Source: Deltaproteobacteria bacterium TL4 | GTDB taxonomy: Bacteria > SAR324 > NAC60-12 | Length of the DNA stretch: 28,492 nt | Assembly (NCBI GenBank): GCA_051382335.1 | Contig: JBBCAX010000423.1 | Location: 1 to 28,492, forward strand | Direction of reading: 5' to 3' | Part shown: piece after piece, positions 1-9,372 of the stretch | Layout: every line of letters starts with the position of its first letter | How positions within the stretch are numbered: the stretch's first letter is position 1 | Position numbers and translations under genes: made by a program | Notes under the pieces: generated by a model | The model's database searches: none | Seen by the model: only the letters and a program-made list of their open reading frames with translations | What the model was told of the DNA's origin: nothing

Positions 1-438
1 CCGCTGATAAGCGAGCCCCTTCTTCCTTCTGATACTGACGAATCAACTCCGCCACTTCCTGCCCAAACGAGCTTTGACTCCCGTGAGAGGAACCCACAAA
101 GGACGAACTTTGACTTAACTCCAAAAATGGCAGAGGACATTGATTCCACAATGGCCATTTTGTGAAAAACAAAGGTGGGCCGCCAAAACAACTCCTTTGA
201 GAAACTCAAATCCGACTGTACTTTCAAAAAATGCCACCACTTCAGGCGGTTGCTTGATCTTTTGTCTTCATTCATCCCAGTGTTGTACCGTACTTCGGGG
301 TACTCCAATAGCTTGAGATGCGTTTTCCTGAGTCATTCCGGATTGCCTCATCTGACGATAGCTCTCCAAATGGACAATACCGGATTCTCGACTGGAGTGT
401 GTTACACTGTTTGTTGCTGGGGTTGGATTGGATGACAT
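1..438 (-). pseudogene. Decayed transposase with N-terminal HTH (resembles DUF6399-type transposases); runs off the window start
   Basis: ATG at 438 with a GAGGA RBS. Manual translation: MSSNPTP...GMTQENASQAIGVPRSTVQHWDE*RQKIKQPPEVVAFFESTVGFEFLKGVVLAAHLCFSQNGHCGINVLCHF / LELSQSSSFVGSSHGSQ. In-frame TGA at 268-270 and a frameshift at the A-run 123-127. Family call is from recalled motifs. Confidence 0.7.
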
Positions 439-483
439 CGGAATTCCTCATAGAGAAAAGTGGAAAAATGCCTTCCTTTTCTC

Positions 484-546
484 AAATTCCTTCCTGTTTG
501 TCTATCCTTGGATTGCCTCCATTTTGGCGAAACGATGACTATGGCC
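484..546 (-). mobile_element. Probable IS terminus upstream of the transposase pseudogene (copy 1)
   Basis: 63 bp matching the reverse complement of 17549-17611 at 62/63 positions; identity stops abruptly at 546. Confidence 0.75.
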
Positions 547-868
547 ACAGATGGAATTAGTCACGCAGCCCAACTCATGTCCAAATTGTAAAAGTCACCA
601 GATAGAATGCAGGATAGAACGAAGGTCTTTGGGAATGACTGAACGAAAATAAAATGGTGTTGATGATTGTTTTTTAACCAGATATGATGAACAAGCCATT
701 TTGTCTCCAAGTGTGACGGCAAAGTGTGATTTGATGCAAAATAGTTATAATTTTTTCAGTTAGTTAACTGCTAATAGCCAGTTAAACCAGGGACGGTAGA
801 GATTCCTACGTATCTCCGCCATGGCCTTTAAAAAATGGGCATCTTTCTGATTTAAAACATAATAATAC

Positions 869-2581
869 TTGGAAAGGGACATTGTGCTGTCTGATATTTT
901 TACCTCGATCCATTTGACCCTCCAACAAAGTTATTCCGAGATAACCCAAGAGGATATAAGTATTCAATTGCCTCCGAACCAGGACCTGGGAGATTTTGCG
1001 GTTCCGTGTTTTAATTTTGCCAAGAAACTTAAAAAGGCACCTCAGCAAATTGCGCAAATTCTGGCAACCTTGGACTATTCGGACAGGTGGATCAGTCGAG
1101 CAGAGGCGGTGGGGCCTTATTTGAATTTATTTTTGAATCGCGTGAATTTTTCGGAAACATTGTTTGAGACCATACAAAAAGATGAAAACTATGGCTCAAG
1201 CGGGATTGGTAAAAACAAAAAAGCCATGATCGAACATACCAGTATCAATCCGAACGCCAGTCCTCATGTGGGAAGAGCAAGAAACGCTTTAATCGGAGAT
1301 GCCTTAACCCGTCTGCTTCGCTTTCTGGGGTATGAGGTTGAAGTCCATTACTATGTCAATGATATGGGGAAACAAATTGCGCTCCTGGTTCTGGCGTGCG
1401 AAGGGATTGATGAGCTGAAATTTGAGAATGTCCTGGAACTTTATGTACAGGCCAATCAGAAAGCAGAAGAAGATCCCGCGTTTGAACAACAGGCCTTTCA
1501 ACTCCTAATCCAATATGAAAACGGTGATCAACCAACTATTGAAAGATTTCGACGAATCATCAAGATTTGCCTTGGCGGACAGCTTTCGGTGTTGAATCAA
1601 TTGGGGATTCAGTATGATTGTTTTGACTACGAATCCAATTATCTTCAAAGCGAAGAGAGTCACAAAGTCGTCGAAGTCCTCAACCAAAAGGGCGCTCTGT
1701 TTATTGATGAAAATGAACGTCAGATTGTGGATCTTCAAAAACTTGGTTTCAAATTTGAGGAAGGACGTTATTTTGTTCTGCGAAGAGCCAATGGCAGTTC
1801 AATGTACGGATTCCGTGATATTACTTACACGCTGCACAAGCTCAACCAACCTGTTGATATCAACTTAACATTACTGGGTGAAGATCATAAACTTTACTAT
1901 CAGCAACTGGGTTTGATTCTGCAAACCGCAGGATATACCATTCCGGAAGTCATCCACTATTCTTATATTATTTTAAAAGAAGGAAAGATGTCCACCCGAA
2001 AAGGGACCGTGATTTTGTTGGACGATTTTATCAAGGAATCCATCACTCGAGCCAAACAAAGAGCCGAAGACTCAGAAAGAAAGGAAAGCACCGAAAAAAC
2101 CGATAAAATTGCGGAAATCGTTGGAATTGGAGCCGTCAAGTTCAGTATTCTCAAAGTGAGTCCCAAGAGTAATGTTATTTTTGATTGGGAAGAAGCACTT
2201 TCTACACAGGGCGATTCAGCAACCTATCTTCAGTACACCTATGCTCGTATTAATTCTATCCTGAAAAAATACAATCAAACGCTTACGCCCTTTCGTAAGG
2301 AAAACCTTACGGTTTCTGAAAACGAATGGGGCCCTCTGTTTTTATTAGCGTCTTTTGAAGAGGTCATCACGACCACAGTTCAGGTCAAAGATCCCGCTCA
2401 TTTAGCCAATTACGTGCTCAAACTCGCCAGAAAATTCAACACTTTTTATAATGCATGCCCTGTTCTCCAAAACGAGGACGAAAACACGACTTGTTTCAGA
2501 GTTCATTTGAGCGCCTCGGTAATGACTGTTATTGCTAAATCACTCTATTTGTTGGGAATTGATGTCCCAGAGCAAATGTAA
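869..2581 (+). CDS. argS: Arginine--tRNA ligase
   Basis: 570 aa. N-terminal LGDFAVPCF, HIGH-equivalent EHTSINPNASPHVGRARN, YYVNDMGKQ, GKMSTRKG, anticodon-domain YLQYTYARINSIL, C-terminal LGIDVPEQM. TTG start uncertain. Confidence 0.97.
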   Translation: MERDIVLSDIFTSIHLTLQQSYSEITQEDISIQLPPNQDLGDFAVPCFNFAKKLKKAPQQIAQILATLDYSDRWISRAEAVGPYLNLFLNRVNFSETLFETIQKDENYGSSGIGKNKKAMIEHTSINPNASPHVGRARNALIGDALTRLLRFLGYEVEVHYYVNDMGKQIALLVLACEGIDELKFENVLELYVQANQKAEEDPAFEQQAFQLLIQYENGDQPTIERFRRIIKICLGGQLSVLNQLGIQYDCFDYESNYLQSEESHKVVEVLNQKGALFIDENERQIVDLQKLGFKFEEGRYFVLRRANGSSMYGFRDITYTLHKLNQPVDINLTLLGEDHKLYYQQLGLILQTAGYTIPEVIHYSYIILKEGKMSTRKGTVILLDDFIKESITRAKQRAEDSERKESTEKTDKIAEIVGIGAVKFSILKVSPKSNVIFDWEEALSTQGDSATYLQYTYARINSILKKYNQTLTPFRKENLTVSENEWGPLFLLASFEEVITTTVQVKDPAHLANYVLKLARKFNTFYNACPVLQNEDENTTCFRVHLSASVMTVIAKSLYLLGIDVPEQM

Positions 2582-2612
2582 AAGGTATTTTTTGGAATGA
2601 TATCGTTTTCAT

Positions 2613-2706
2613 GTACTATTCCGCCGCAGATAAACGCAGATAAAAAATCGACTCGCGCCGCTATGTATTAAAAATAACCTGCGTTCATCTGCGGCGGCAT
2701 AGTTAC
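2613..2706. mobile_element. IS66-type miniature element (MITE)
   Basis: Arms GTACTATTCCGCCGCAGATAAACGCAG and CTGCGTTCATCTGCGGCGGCATAGTTAC are imperfect inverted repeats. Flanks GTTTTCAT (2605-2612) and GTTTTCAA (2707-2714) form a 7/8 target-site duplication; GTAA ends and 8-bp TSDs are typical of IS66. Confidence 0.65.
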
Positions 2707-2750
2707 GTTTTCAACACAACAAATCAACTTCGAAAAGGGGTATAAAGGTT

Positions 2751-3932
2751 ATGGAAAGCGTTTTAAAATCAGTTCCCGGATTTTCCTGGTCGGGGCAGAA
2801 TATAGGGATTAAAGATGAACAATTGGATTTTGCGGTATTGCTTTCTGAGGTTCCCTGTCAAGCGGCAGGTGTTTTTACCAAGAACAACTTGCCAGGCGCA
2901 CCGATCATTGTGGGAAGGGAACATCTTAAAAATGGGAAATTGCAATGCATCGTGGTGAATTCCAAAAATGCGAATGTGGCCACGGGCGAAAAGGGCATCA
3001 ATGACGCGAGATTGACCTGTCAACATCTTGGCGCCGCTTTGAATATTGCGCCTGAATTGGTTTTACCCTCATCGACAGGGGTGATTGGACGAGTGCTTCC
3101 TATCCAAAAAATATTGGAGGGCTGTAAAAAGGTTTCTTCAGCATTAGGGACAACACCCGCACACATCCAACAATTTGCCAAAGCGATCATGACCACAGAC
3201 ACGCGTCCCAAATGGATCAGTGTCACGGTGGATCAAATCACCATTACCGGTGTCGCTAAAGGGGCGGGAATGATTGAGCCCAATATGGCAACCCTGCTCA
3301 GTTATTTTGTGACTGACGCTCAAATCCAGGCTTCGGATCTCTCCGCTATTCTAAAACGTGTCGTCAACCGAACGTTTAATAGAATTTCCATTGATACCGA
3401 TACCTCGACGAGTGATACCCTGATTCTGATGGCCAACGGTTTAGGCGGGAAGGTGGATCTGGATCGTTTTGAGGCAGCTTTTGAAAAAGCGGCAACTTTT
3501 CTTGCGAAAGCCATTGCTAAGGACGGAGAAGGCGCCACGAAATTAATTGAGTTATGCGTTTCTGGCGCAGATTCGTCAGCTCAGGCTTTAAAACTGGGAA
3601 AATCAGTCATTAATTCGCCGTTGGTCAAAACCGCCATTTATGGAGCGGATCCCAATTGGGGCCGCTTTATTATGGCAATTGGGAAAGTATTTGAATACCC
3701 TGTGGCTATTGAACAATTACGGATCTATTTTGGAAAAGGCTCGCAGAGACTCTTTATAGACTATGAGACGATGAATCAAAATAAAGTGGATCTTCCGGCA
3801 ATCTCAGCGTTATTGAAACACGAAGACATTTATTTGGAAATTGTGGTGGGTGAGGGTCCCTGTTCTGAATCTGTGTGGGGCTGTGATCTTACCGAGGGGT
3901 ATGTTAAGATAAATGCGCATTACACGACTTAA
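2751..3932 (+). CDS. argJ: Ornithine acetyltransferase / N-acetylglutamate synthase (ArgJ family)
   Basis: NSKNANVATG, STGVIG, AIMTTD, KGAGMIEPNMA|T autoprocessing site, DTSTSD, DGEGATK, SPLVKTA, DPNWGR, WGCDLT..YV.IN..Y. Confidence 0.97.
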   Translation: MESVLKSVPGFSWSGQNIGIKDEQLDFAVLLSEVPCQAAGVFTKNNLPGAPIIVGREHLKNGKLQCIVVNSKNANVATGEKGINDARLTCQHLGAALNIAPELVLPSSTGVIGRVLPIQKILEGCKKVSSALGTTPAHIQQFAKAIMTTDTRPKWISVTVDQITITGVAKGAGMIEPNMATLLSYFVTDAQIQASDLSAILKRVVNRTFNRISIDTDTSTSDTLILMANGLGGKVDLDRFEAAFEKAATFLAKAIAKDGEGATKLIELCVSGADSSAQALKLGKSVINSPLVKTAIYGADPNWGRFIMAIGKVFEYPVAIEQLRIYFGKGSQRLFIDYETMNQNKVDLPAISALLKHEDIYLEIVVGEGPCSESVWGCDLTEGYVKINAHYTT

Positions 3933-3977
3933 AAACAGGGAAGGATTTATGGTTCCTTTGAGTCTCACCTAGACTGT

Positions 3978-4053
3978 GGAGTGCCAAAGCTTGCTTTGGT
4001 CAAATCCAAAGAAAGGCCATCGCCTTTCTGGTCAAAGCAAGCTTTGGCACTCC
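3978..4053. repeat. GGAG-type REP doublet / long hairpin between convergent genes
   Basis: Perfect 21-bp inverted repeat GGAGTGCCAAAGCTTGCTTTG (3978-3998) and CAAAGCAAGCTTTGGCACTCC (4033-4053). Each arm contains its own small hairpin, and there is an inner AGAAAGGC/GCCTTTCT stem. Confidence 0.75.
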
Positions 4054-4139
4054 TGAAACAGCGTTGTTTAAACGGATCACGTAACAGGTAATGTAAAATC
4101 GCTCTTCAGTTGGGGCAAGTCAGCAACGACTTGCCGGTT

Positions 4140-6485
4140 TTAACTTAACTTGGAGAGAGAGGAGTTGTTTTGATTTTTCAGATCTACCAAAAAAATAACT
4201 GAGGGCAGAAGAAACAAAACCCCAATCAACGCCATGAGCATAATGACGGCAGAAAAAAAGCCGGTATAGATATAAGGCGTAAACGTTCCTAGCATCATCG
4301 TACTGAAACCCCAAGTTAAGATGATCGACGTAAAAATGACGGCACGTCCGGATTCGGTCATCGCTAAATAGACCGAATCTTTGGTATTGTTCCCGGAACG
4401 TCGTGCCTGAAGGTAACGACTCATGACATGAATGGTATCATCAACAGCAATACCCATGGTCAGCGCGCCGACAATCATCGTTCCCATATCCAGGTCGATG
4501 TTCAGTAACACCATCAAGGCACCCGCACAAAAAATAGGAAGAATACTTGGAATTAAGGCCAATATTCCATATTTAATCGAGCGGAACAAAAAGAAAAAGG
4601 TTAAGGCAATAATTCCCAATGCCAGCCCAAAGGATCTGACGACGCCTTCTGCAACAAAGACATCTATCGCATTGAACAAAGCGGTTACGCCCGTGATCTC
4701 AACCTTCAATTTGGGGAAATCTTTTTTAATTTTTGCTTCAATATGCCGGATCATTCGATGGGTTTCAGAAGCGGTTTGATTGATAGCGCTGAAACCGATA
4801 CGGAGGTAACGTTCATCTGTTGTTTTATAATCACTCAAATCTTCTTCGGGACCTGTGTTTTCATAGAGAAGAAGGTATTGAGCCACCAAATCACGGGTTT
4901 CAGGAATGACATCAAAGGCCGGATCATCGTTATGCATGGATTGATTCATTTTGCGTAGGTAGTTGACCAAGGATGACGTTTTGCCCGCATAGTCCAAAGT
5001 CTCCAAATATTCCTGCAACCGTTGGATTTCCATTAGCAATTCAGGTTCTTTGATGCCTCCTTCCTGACCTGAATCAACCATGAGATCAATCCCGCCTGAA
5101 CTTTTATAAGTGGCATCCAGGTATTCAATATCCTGCCTCATTTTTGTTTTTTTCTTAAAATAATTGATGTAATTGGAATCCACTGAAATCTGGGTACAAA
5201 ACAGAAAACTCACGATAAAGATAAAGAGGCTGATGAGCGAAAAATGCTTTCGATAATTGTAGGTCAGATTGGTAATTCTTTGAGTAAACCGCGGAACCCA
5301 GCCTTCAGTCATAACCTGTTTGGTTGAACTGGGGATGTGTTGGATGAAGCTAAGAATGGCAGGTAAGGTCGAGAGGGAAAGGATAAAGGCTAAGGTTGCG
5401 CCCAGGGCACCTAAAAAGCCTAATTCCCGGATAGGAACCAGTTGAGTGATTGAAAGGGAAAAAAAGCCGATCGCCGTGGTCAGCGAGGTGTAAAAACAAG
5501 GCAACCAGAGCACGGTTATCGTTTTTATTGCCGCTTGCTTGGGATCCAGTCCGAGATTTCTGAAGTGATAAAACTCAACAATGAGATGGATGGAATCTCC
5601 AATACCCATAATGGTTAAGATTCCTGGAAGTGCGGAACTGACGGTATTGAAAGGCCAATGAATCAATCCCATGAAGCCAATGACCAGAACTAGGGAAGCG
5701 CCAATAATCATCAGCGGCAAGAACACTCCTGCCAGCATACGAAAAAAATAATAGAGTAAGCCCATAATCACGATTCCCATCAAGGGATTGATCAAACTTT
5801 GATCCTCTTTCGTAATGGTGCTAAAACGTTCCTCAACCAGGGGATTGCCAAAAAGGTGTAAATTGTATCCTCGCTCCTCTATTTTTTCCTGTTTCACAAA
5901 GTCATAAAAATCTTTGACGAGTTTTACTTTGTTATCACTATTGCCACGGACATAAAACACCCGGGCTAAAATCAAGGTATGCTTGAGATCTTCTGTGATC
6001 AAACTTCCTAACACCACTTTTTCATTTTTCATGATGTTTGCCATGCGTTCCATATTCTCAGGCGAATCGTCAAGTTGCTCGATATCTTCAATCAGATTAT
6101 CGGTCGCAAGAACGTCCTCTTTGGAATGAATATACTGATATTTACTCAAAGAGACGACTTTGGTGACCACCTTATGGTTTTCAAGAAACACGGTTAATTT
6201 GGCAATCATTTTTAAGGTTTCCGCATTAAACAGATTTTCATCACCTGGGCGTGCTTCCACTCCAATCACAAAATTTTCCCGATCTCCAAATTCAGCAAGG
6301 AGTTTGTCAAAGGTTTTCAGGCTCGGGTCTTCTGGTAATAAAAACATTTCATTGGAGTTATTATAATATAAATCCTTCATCGGATAGATGGCGGCAATGA
6401 CGCACAATACCGTTCCTATGATGACAGCCCAACGTTGATTCACAACAAATTCAGCCCATTTTTTTATAAAGAGATTAAACATCAT
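4140..6485 (-). CDS. MMPL-family RND transporter
   Basis: 781 aa with a duplicated TM + periplasmic loop + 5 TM architecture; MGIGDSIH and GIAVDDTIH motifs, GRAVIFTSIIL; AGGGAG RBS. Confidence 0.9.
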   Translation of the reverse strand: MMFNLFIKKWAEFVVNQRWAVIIGTVLCVIAAIYPMKDLYYNNSNEMFLLPEDPSLKTFDKLLAEFGDRENFVIGVEARPGDENLFNAETLKMIAKLTVFLENHKVVTKVVSLSKYQYIHSKEDVLATDNLIEDIEQLDDSPENMERMANIMKNEKVVLGSLITEDLKHTLILARVFYVRGNSDNKVKLVKDFYDFVKQEKIEERGYNLHLFGNPLVEERFSTITKEDQSLINPLMGIVIMGLLYYFFRMLAGVFLPLMIIGASLVLVIGFMGLIHWPFNTVSSALPGILTIMGIGDSIHLIVEFYHFRNLGLDPKQAAIKTITVLWLPCFYTSLTTAIGFFSLSITQLVPIRELGFLGALGATLAFILSLSTLPAILSFIQHIPSSTKQVMTEGWVPRFTQRITNLTYNYRKHFSLISLFIFIVSFLFCTQISVDSNYINYFKKKTKMRQDIEYLDATYKSSGGIDLMVDSGQEGGIKEPELLMEIQRLQEYLETLDYAGKTSSLVNYLRKMNQSMHNDDPAFDVIPETRDLVAQYLLLYENTGPEEDLSDYKTTDERYLRIGFSAINQTASETHRMIRHIEAKIKKDFPKLKVEITGVTALFNAIDVFVAEGVVRSFGLALGIIALTFFFLFRSIKYGILALIPSILPIFCAGALMVLLNIDLDMGTMIVGALTMGIAVDDTIHVMSRYLQARRSGNNTKDSVYLAMTESGRAVIFTSIILTWGFSTMMLGTFTPYIYTGFFSAVIMLMALIGVLFLLPSVIFLVDLKNQNNSSLSKLS

Positions 6486-6552
6486 AAACTCCCTGTTGAG
6501 ATTGAATCAGATGCCATGGCGAAAGTTGGAAGTCCTTAAGCCGGGCGGTTAC

Positions 6553-6601
6553 AAAAAAAAATCCACGACCTCTTCAACGAGATTCTCCCTGAAGTGTGTG
6601 G
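6553..6601 (-). terminator. Probable intrinsic terminator after the diguanylate cyclase
   Basis: On the minus strand, an imperfect stem CCAC..CTTCAG GGAG / CTC.TTGAAG..GTGG is followed by a 9-T run. Confidence 0.5.
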
Positions 6602-6616
6602 TTGGGGCGTTAAAAT

Positions 6617-8515
6617 TTAGCGATAACGTTCTTTTATTGCATAATACTTTTCTTTATCAACATACATCCGCCTATCCGCGATTTTCAAAACCTCTTTAGG
6701 CGATATTTCAGTGGAACTGGCGAGTCCACAACTCATCCGAATGGGGATATCTTCTGGAGTTCCATCGTGGTAATAACAGGTCAACTTTAAACGATTTTCT
6801 TCCTCTCGAAGACGTTTTAATATATTTTCTGCCTTTCTGATCGAGGTCGTATGACAGAGAACCACAAACTCATCTCCCCCCAAACGGCATAGAACGTCGG
6901 TTTGTCGGCATATCTTTTTCAAGACTTCGGCAACTGCGATAATGAAATAATCCCCGGTTTGATGTCCAAAAATGTCATTAACCCGTTTCAGTCCATTGAT
7001 ATCAATAAGAATGACTGAATACTCCAAATTATATTGCTCCGCATGAGCGATAGCTCGTTCAAGTTCTTTGTCAAAATAGGTTCGGTTGAAGGCTCCTGTG
7101 AGGCCATCGGTATTCGCCATTTCTTCTAATCGACGAGTGAGGATTTTATTTTCTGCGATAACAGCCAGTTGATCTAAAAAAATGACTAAAACCTCAACCG
7201 CTCTTTCATCCAAAACCGGACCTTTGATCAGCAGTTTCCCAATAGGAACATATTCACATCCGAGCAAGGGAAAAACGATCCAATTGTTAAAGGTGTTGTC
7301 CGGTGGAATTGTTTCAGAGTCGGAATGTTCCGTCAGGTTGCTCATAAAGCTTTCAATTCCCGGTGCAATCAGTTTGTCTTCATTTTCAATGATGATCTTC
7401 TGTTCTGACTCCGGAATGCCTTGAAAGGCGATCCAGTCAATCATTCCAGGACGTACCCCGTTTAAAATGATTCCAAAGGCAGAATTTTCAAAAAGTTGAC
7501 TTAATTGATCCAAAATAAATTTGAATGAAGATTCCAAATCTTTTGAACGCTGCATGGCCGTACTTGCAATGAGCAGCAGGTGGAAAATCTGATTCTGATG
7601 TTCAATCACTTCGCTGGTTCTTATGTTTTCATCATGGGCCAGTTGAAGTTCTTTGGTGTGCTCCTCGACAATTTGTTCCAGGCGTTTTTTTTCCTCGATG
7701 ATTTCATTCAGATTATGCCATTCCCGCCCTAAGCGTTTTGTCATGGAGTTAAAGTGTTCCTCTAATATTTTGAATTCATGTCGACCTTTAATTTTGAGTT
7801 CCACGGAGTAGGGAAGCAGATGTTCAGGGGTTGCTATTCGATCCATATTTTTGATGAACCCGCGAAGTGGGTGGAGCCATAAAATTTTAGCGATTCCCCA
7901 GAAAATAATCCAAAGAGCGAGCGTTTTAATGACGGCATTTACCAGGAGGACCATAACATCAACTTGAATTCTTTGCCAAATCACTGAGGTACTGGAATAG
8001 AAAATAACTTCTCCAATTTTTTTGGACGATCCCTGTGCCTGCTCCCACAGAGGAAAATGATATTGATAAAGGCTCCCCCTGAAGCTCACCTCTTGCTGTT
8101 GATTTTCTTTTTGATCAATGAATATGAGTTTTTCTTGTGAGTTCAGGACCAGTCCTCTCATACCGGCAATTTCCCCTTTTGCATTCTTGATGGTGACACC
8201 AAGGATATGGGGATTCTGAGTGATGCCTTCGAAAAGAAGTTGTCGTTCTTCTCCCTTTGAATTTTTGAGTATTTTTGTAAGAACAGGCTCAAACGTTTTT
8301 TGAAAGGCCTCAACGTCTTGTAAAATCAAATTTTTCTCTTGAGAATACTTGACGCCCAAGTGTACACCCGTTAGGGTCACAGCGACAACGATGTAGAGAG
8401 AGAATACACGAGTTAACAGCTTATAAATAATAGATTCTTTAAGACTGACTGGTTCCATAGTCGCTACGTTGTTGAGAAATAATTGAAAAGGTTGCGGTTC
8501 AGTGTAATATGACAT
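6617..8515 (-). CDS. Membrane diguanylate cyclase (2 TM, periplasmic sensor, HAMP-like, GAF-like, GGDEF)
   Basis: TDGLTGAFNR, DINGLKRVND.FGH..GD, intact RLGGDEF with an upstream RQTD (RxxD I-site). Start could be 8524, 8515 or 8458. Confidence 0.92.
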   Translation of the reverse strand: MSYYTEPQPFQLFLNNVATMEPVSLKESIIYKLLTRVFSLYIVVAVTLTGVHLGVKYSQEKNLILQDVEAFQKTFEPVLTKILKNSKGEERQLLFEGITQNPHILGVTIKNAKGEIAGMRGLVLNSQEKLIFIDQKENQQQEVSFRGSLYQYHFPLWEQAQGSSKKIGEVIFYSSTSVIWQRIQVDVMVLLVNAVIKTLALWIIFWGIAKILWLHPLRGFIKNMDRIATPEHLLPYSVELKIKGRHEFKILEEHFNSMTKRLGREWHNLNEIIEEKKRLEQIVEEHTKELQLAHDENIRTSEVIEHQNQIFHLLLIASTAMQRSKDLESSFKFILDQLSQLFENSAFGIILNGVRPGMIDWIAFQGIPESEQKIIIENEDKLIAPGIESFMSNLTEHSDSETIPPDNTFNNWIVFPLLGCEYVPIGKLLIKGPVLDERAVEVLVIFLDQLAVIAENKILTRRLEEMANTDGLTGAFNRTYFDKELERAIAHAEQYNLEYSVILIDINGLKRVNDIFGHQTGDYFIIAVAEVLKKICRQTDVLCRLGGDEFVVLCHTTSIRKAENILKRLREEENRLKLTCYYHDGTPEDIPIRMSCGLASSTEISPKEVLKIADRRMYVDKEKYYAIKERYR

Positions 8516-8634
8516 GAACCTCAATCAATAATCCAGAGCTTTTTAAAAAACACCATGAATATCAGTTAAATTCTTTGCTTGAATGGGGCCTGATCCTGGG
8601 ATGATGAATATTCCGACCTTTGTTAATTATTTTC

Positions 8635-8751
8635 CCATTTTACTTCCGACTTTGATGGAATCCGGCGCAAGGTGCAAGGTGCAAGGAAAATCAATGGGTT
8701 CCTTGAGCCTTGTTCCTTGAACCTTGTTCTTAAAATCCGTAAGTAAAATGG
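8635..8751. repeat. Miniature inverted-repeat element with 7-bp tandem repeats
   Basis: Terminal IR CCATTTTACTT (8635-8645) and AAGTAAAATGG (8741-8751) enclose GCAAGG(T) x3 (8667-8686) and CCTTGnn x4 (8701-8728), which are mutually complementary. Confidence 0.6.
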
Positions 8752-8871
8752 ATCTTTCATTTTGAAAGAAAACTATTCTCGGAGGATCTTCAAGGGCGTC
8801 AAACGATTTAAACAACAGAAGGCGTTGGGTTGGGATCCCTGATGGTGGAGCTATGAACGAAAGGAGCTACG

Positions 8872-9345
8872 ATGAGAGACAATCGCTTTAAGGCAGTCCA
8901 CAGGGGCGGTATGCTCCATTTGGATCAGCACCGACAACTTGCCATCTGGGCCGCTGACTGTGCGGAACACGTGCTGGCTGTGTTTGAAAAGTGCCATCCT
9001 CTCGATAATAGACCCCGGTACGCCATCGAAACGGCTCGTGCCTGGGCGTGTGGAACGGTTAGCGTCGGCACCGCTCGCAAGGCGTCTTCAGCGGCGCATG
9101 CAGCCGCACGGGATGCCACCAACGTCGCCGCACGTGAAGCCGCACGAGCCGCAGGTCACGCGGTCGCAACCGCACACATGGCTGACCATTCCCTCGGTCC
9201 CGCATGGTACGCCGTTCGTGCTGTTCGAGCCCTTGCCGGAGTCGCCGCGGCAGAACAGGAACGTGCATGGCAACTCAAGCAACTCGAACCGTCGATCAGA
9301 GAACTCGTCATCTCGACGCTCAAGACCCCGAAGTTTGCTGGCTGA
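8872..9345 (+). CDS. Imm5-like putative immunity protein
   Basis: 157 aa, Ala-rich, with WAADCAEHVL..FE...P.D.RPR.AI...RAW and AARAAGHAVATAHMADH; AAAGGAG RBS; clearly more GC-rich than its neighbours. Confidence 0.8.
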   Translation: MRDNRFKAVHRGGMLHLDQHRQLAIWAADCAEHVLAVFEKCHPLDNRPRYAIETARAWACGTVSVGTARKASSAAHAAARDATNVAAREAARAAGHAVATAHMADHSLGPAWYAVRAVRALAGVAAAEQERAWQLKQLEPSIRELVISTLKTPKFAG

Positions 9346-9372
9346 TTTTGGGGGAGGATACAAAAAAATTGT

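Noticed and set aside
175..560. Plus-strand 86-aa and 80-aa ORFs
   Set aside because: Antisense shadows of the transposase pseudogene and IS end.
717..790. c-di-GMP-I riboswitch-like words (GGCAAA...GATGCAAAA...TAGCCAGTT)
   Set aside because: No GNRA-capped P2 stem and no credible P1/P3 pairing.
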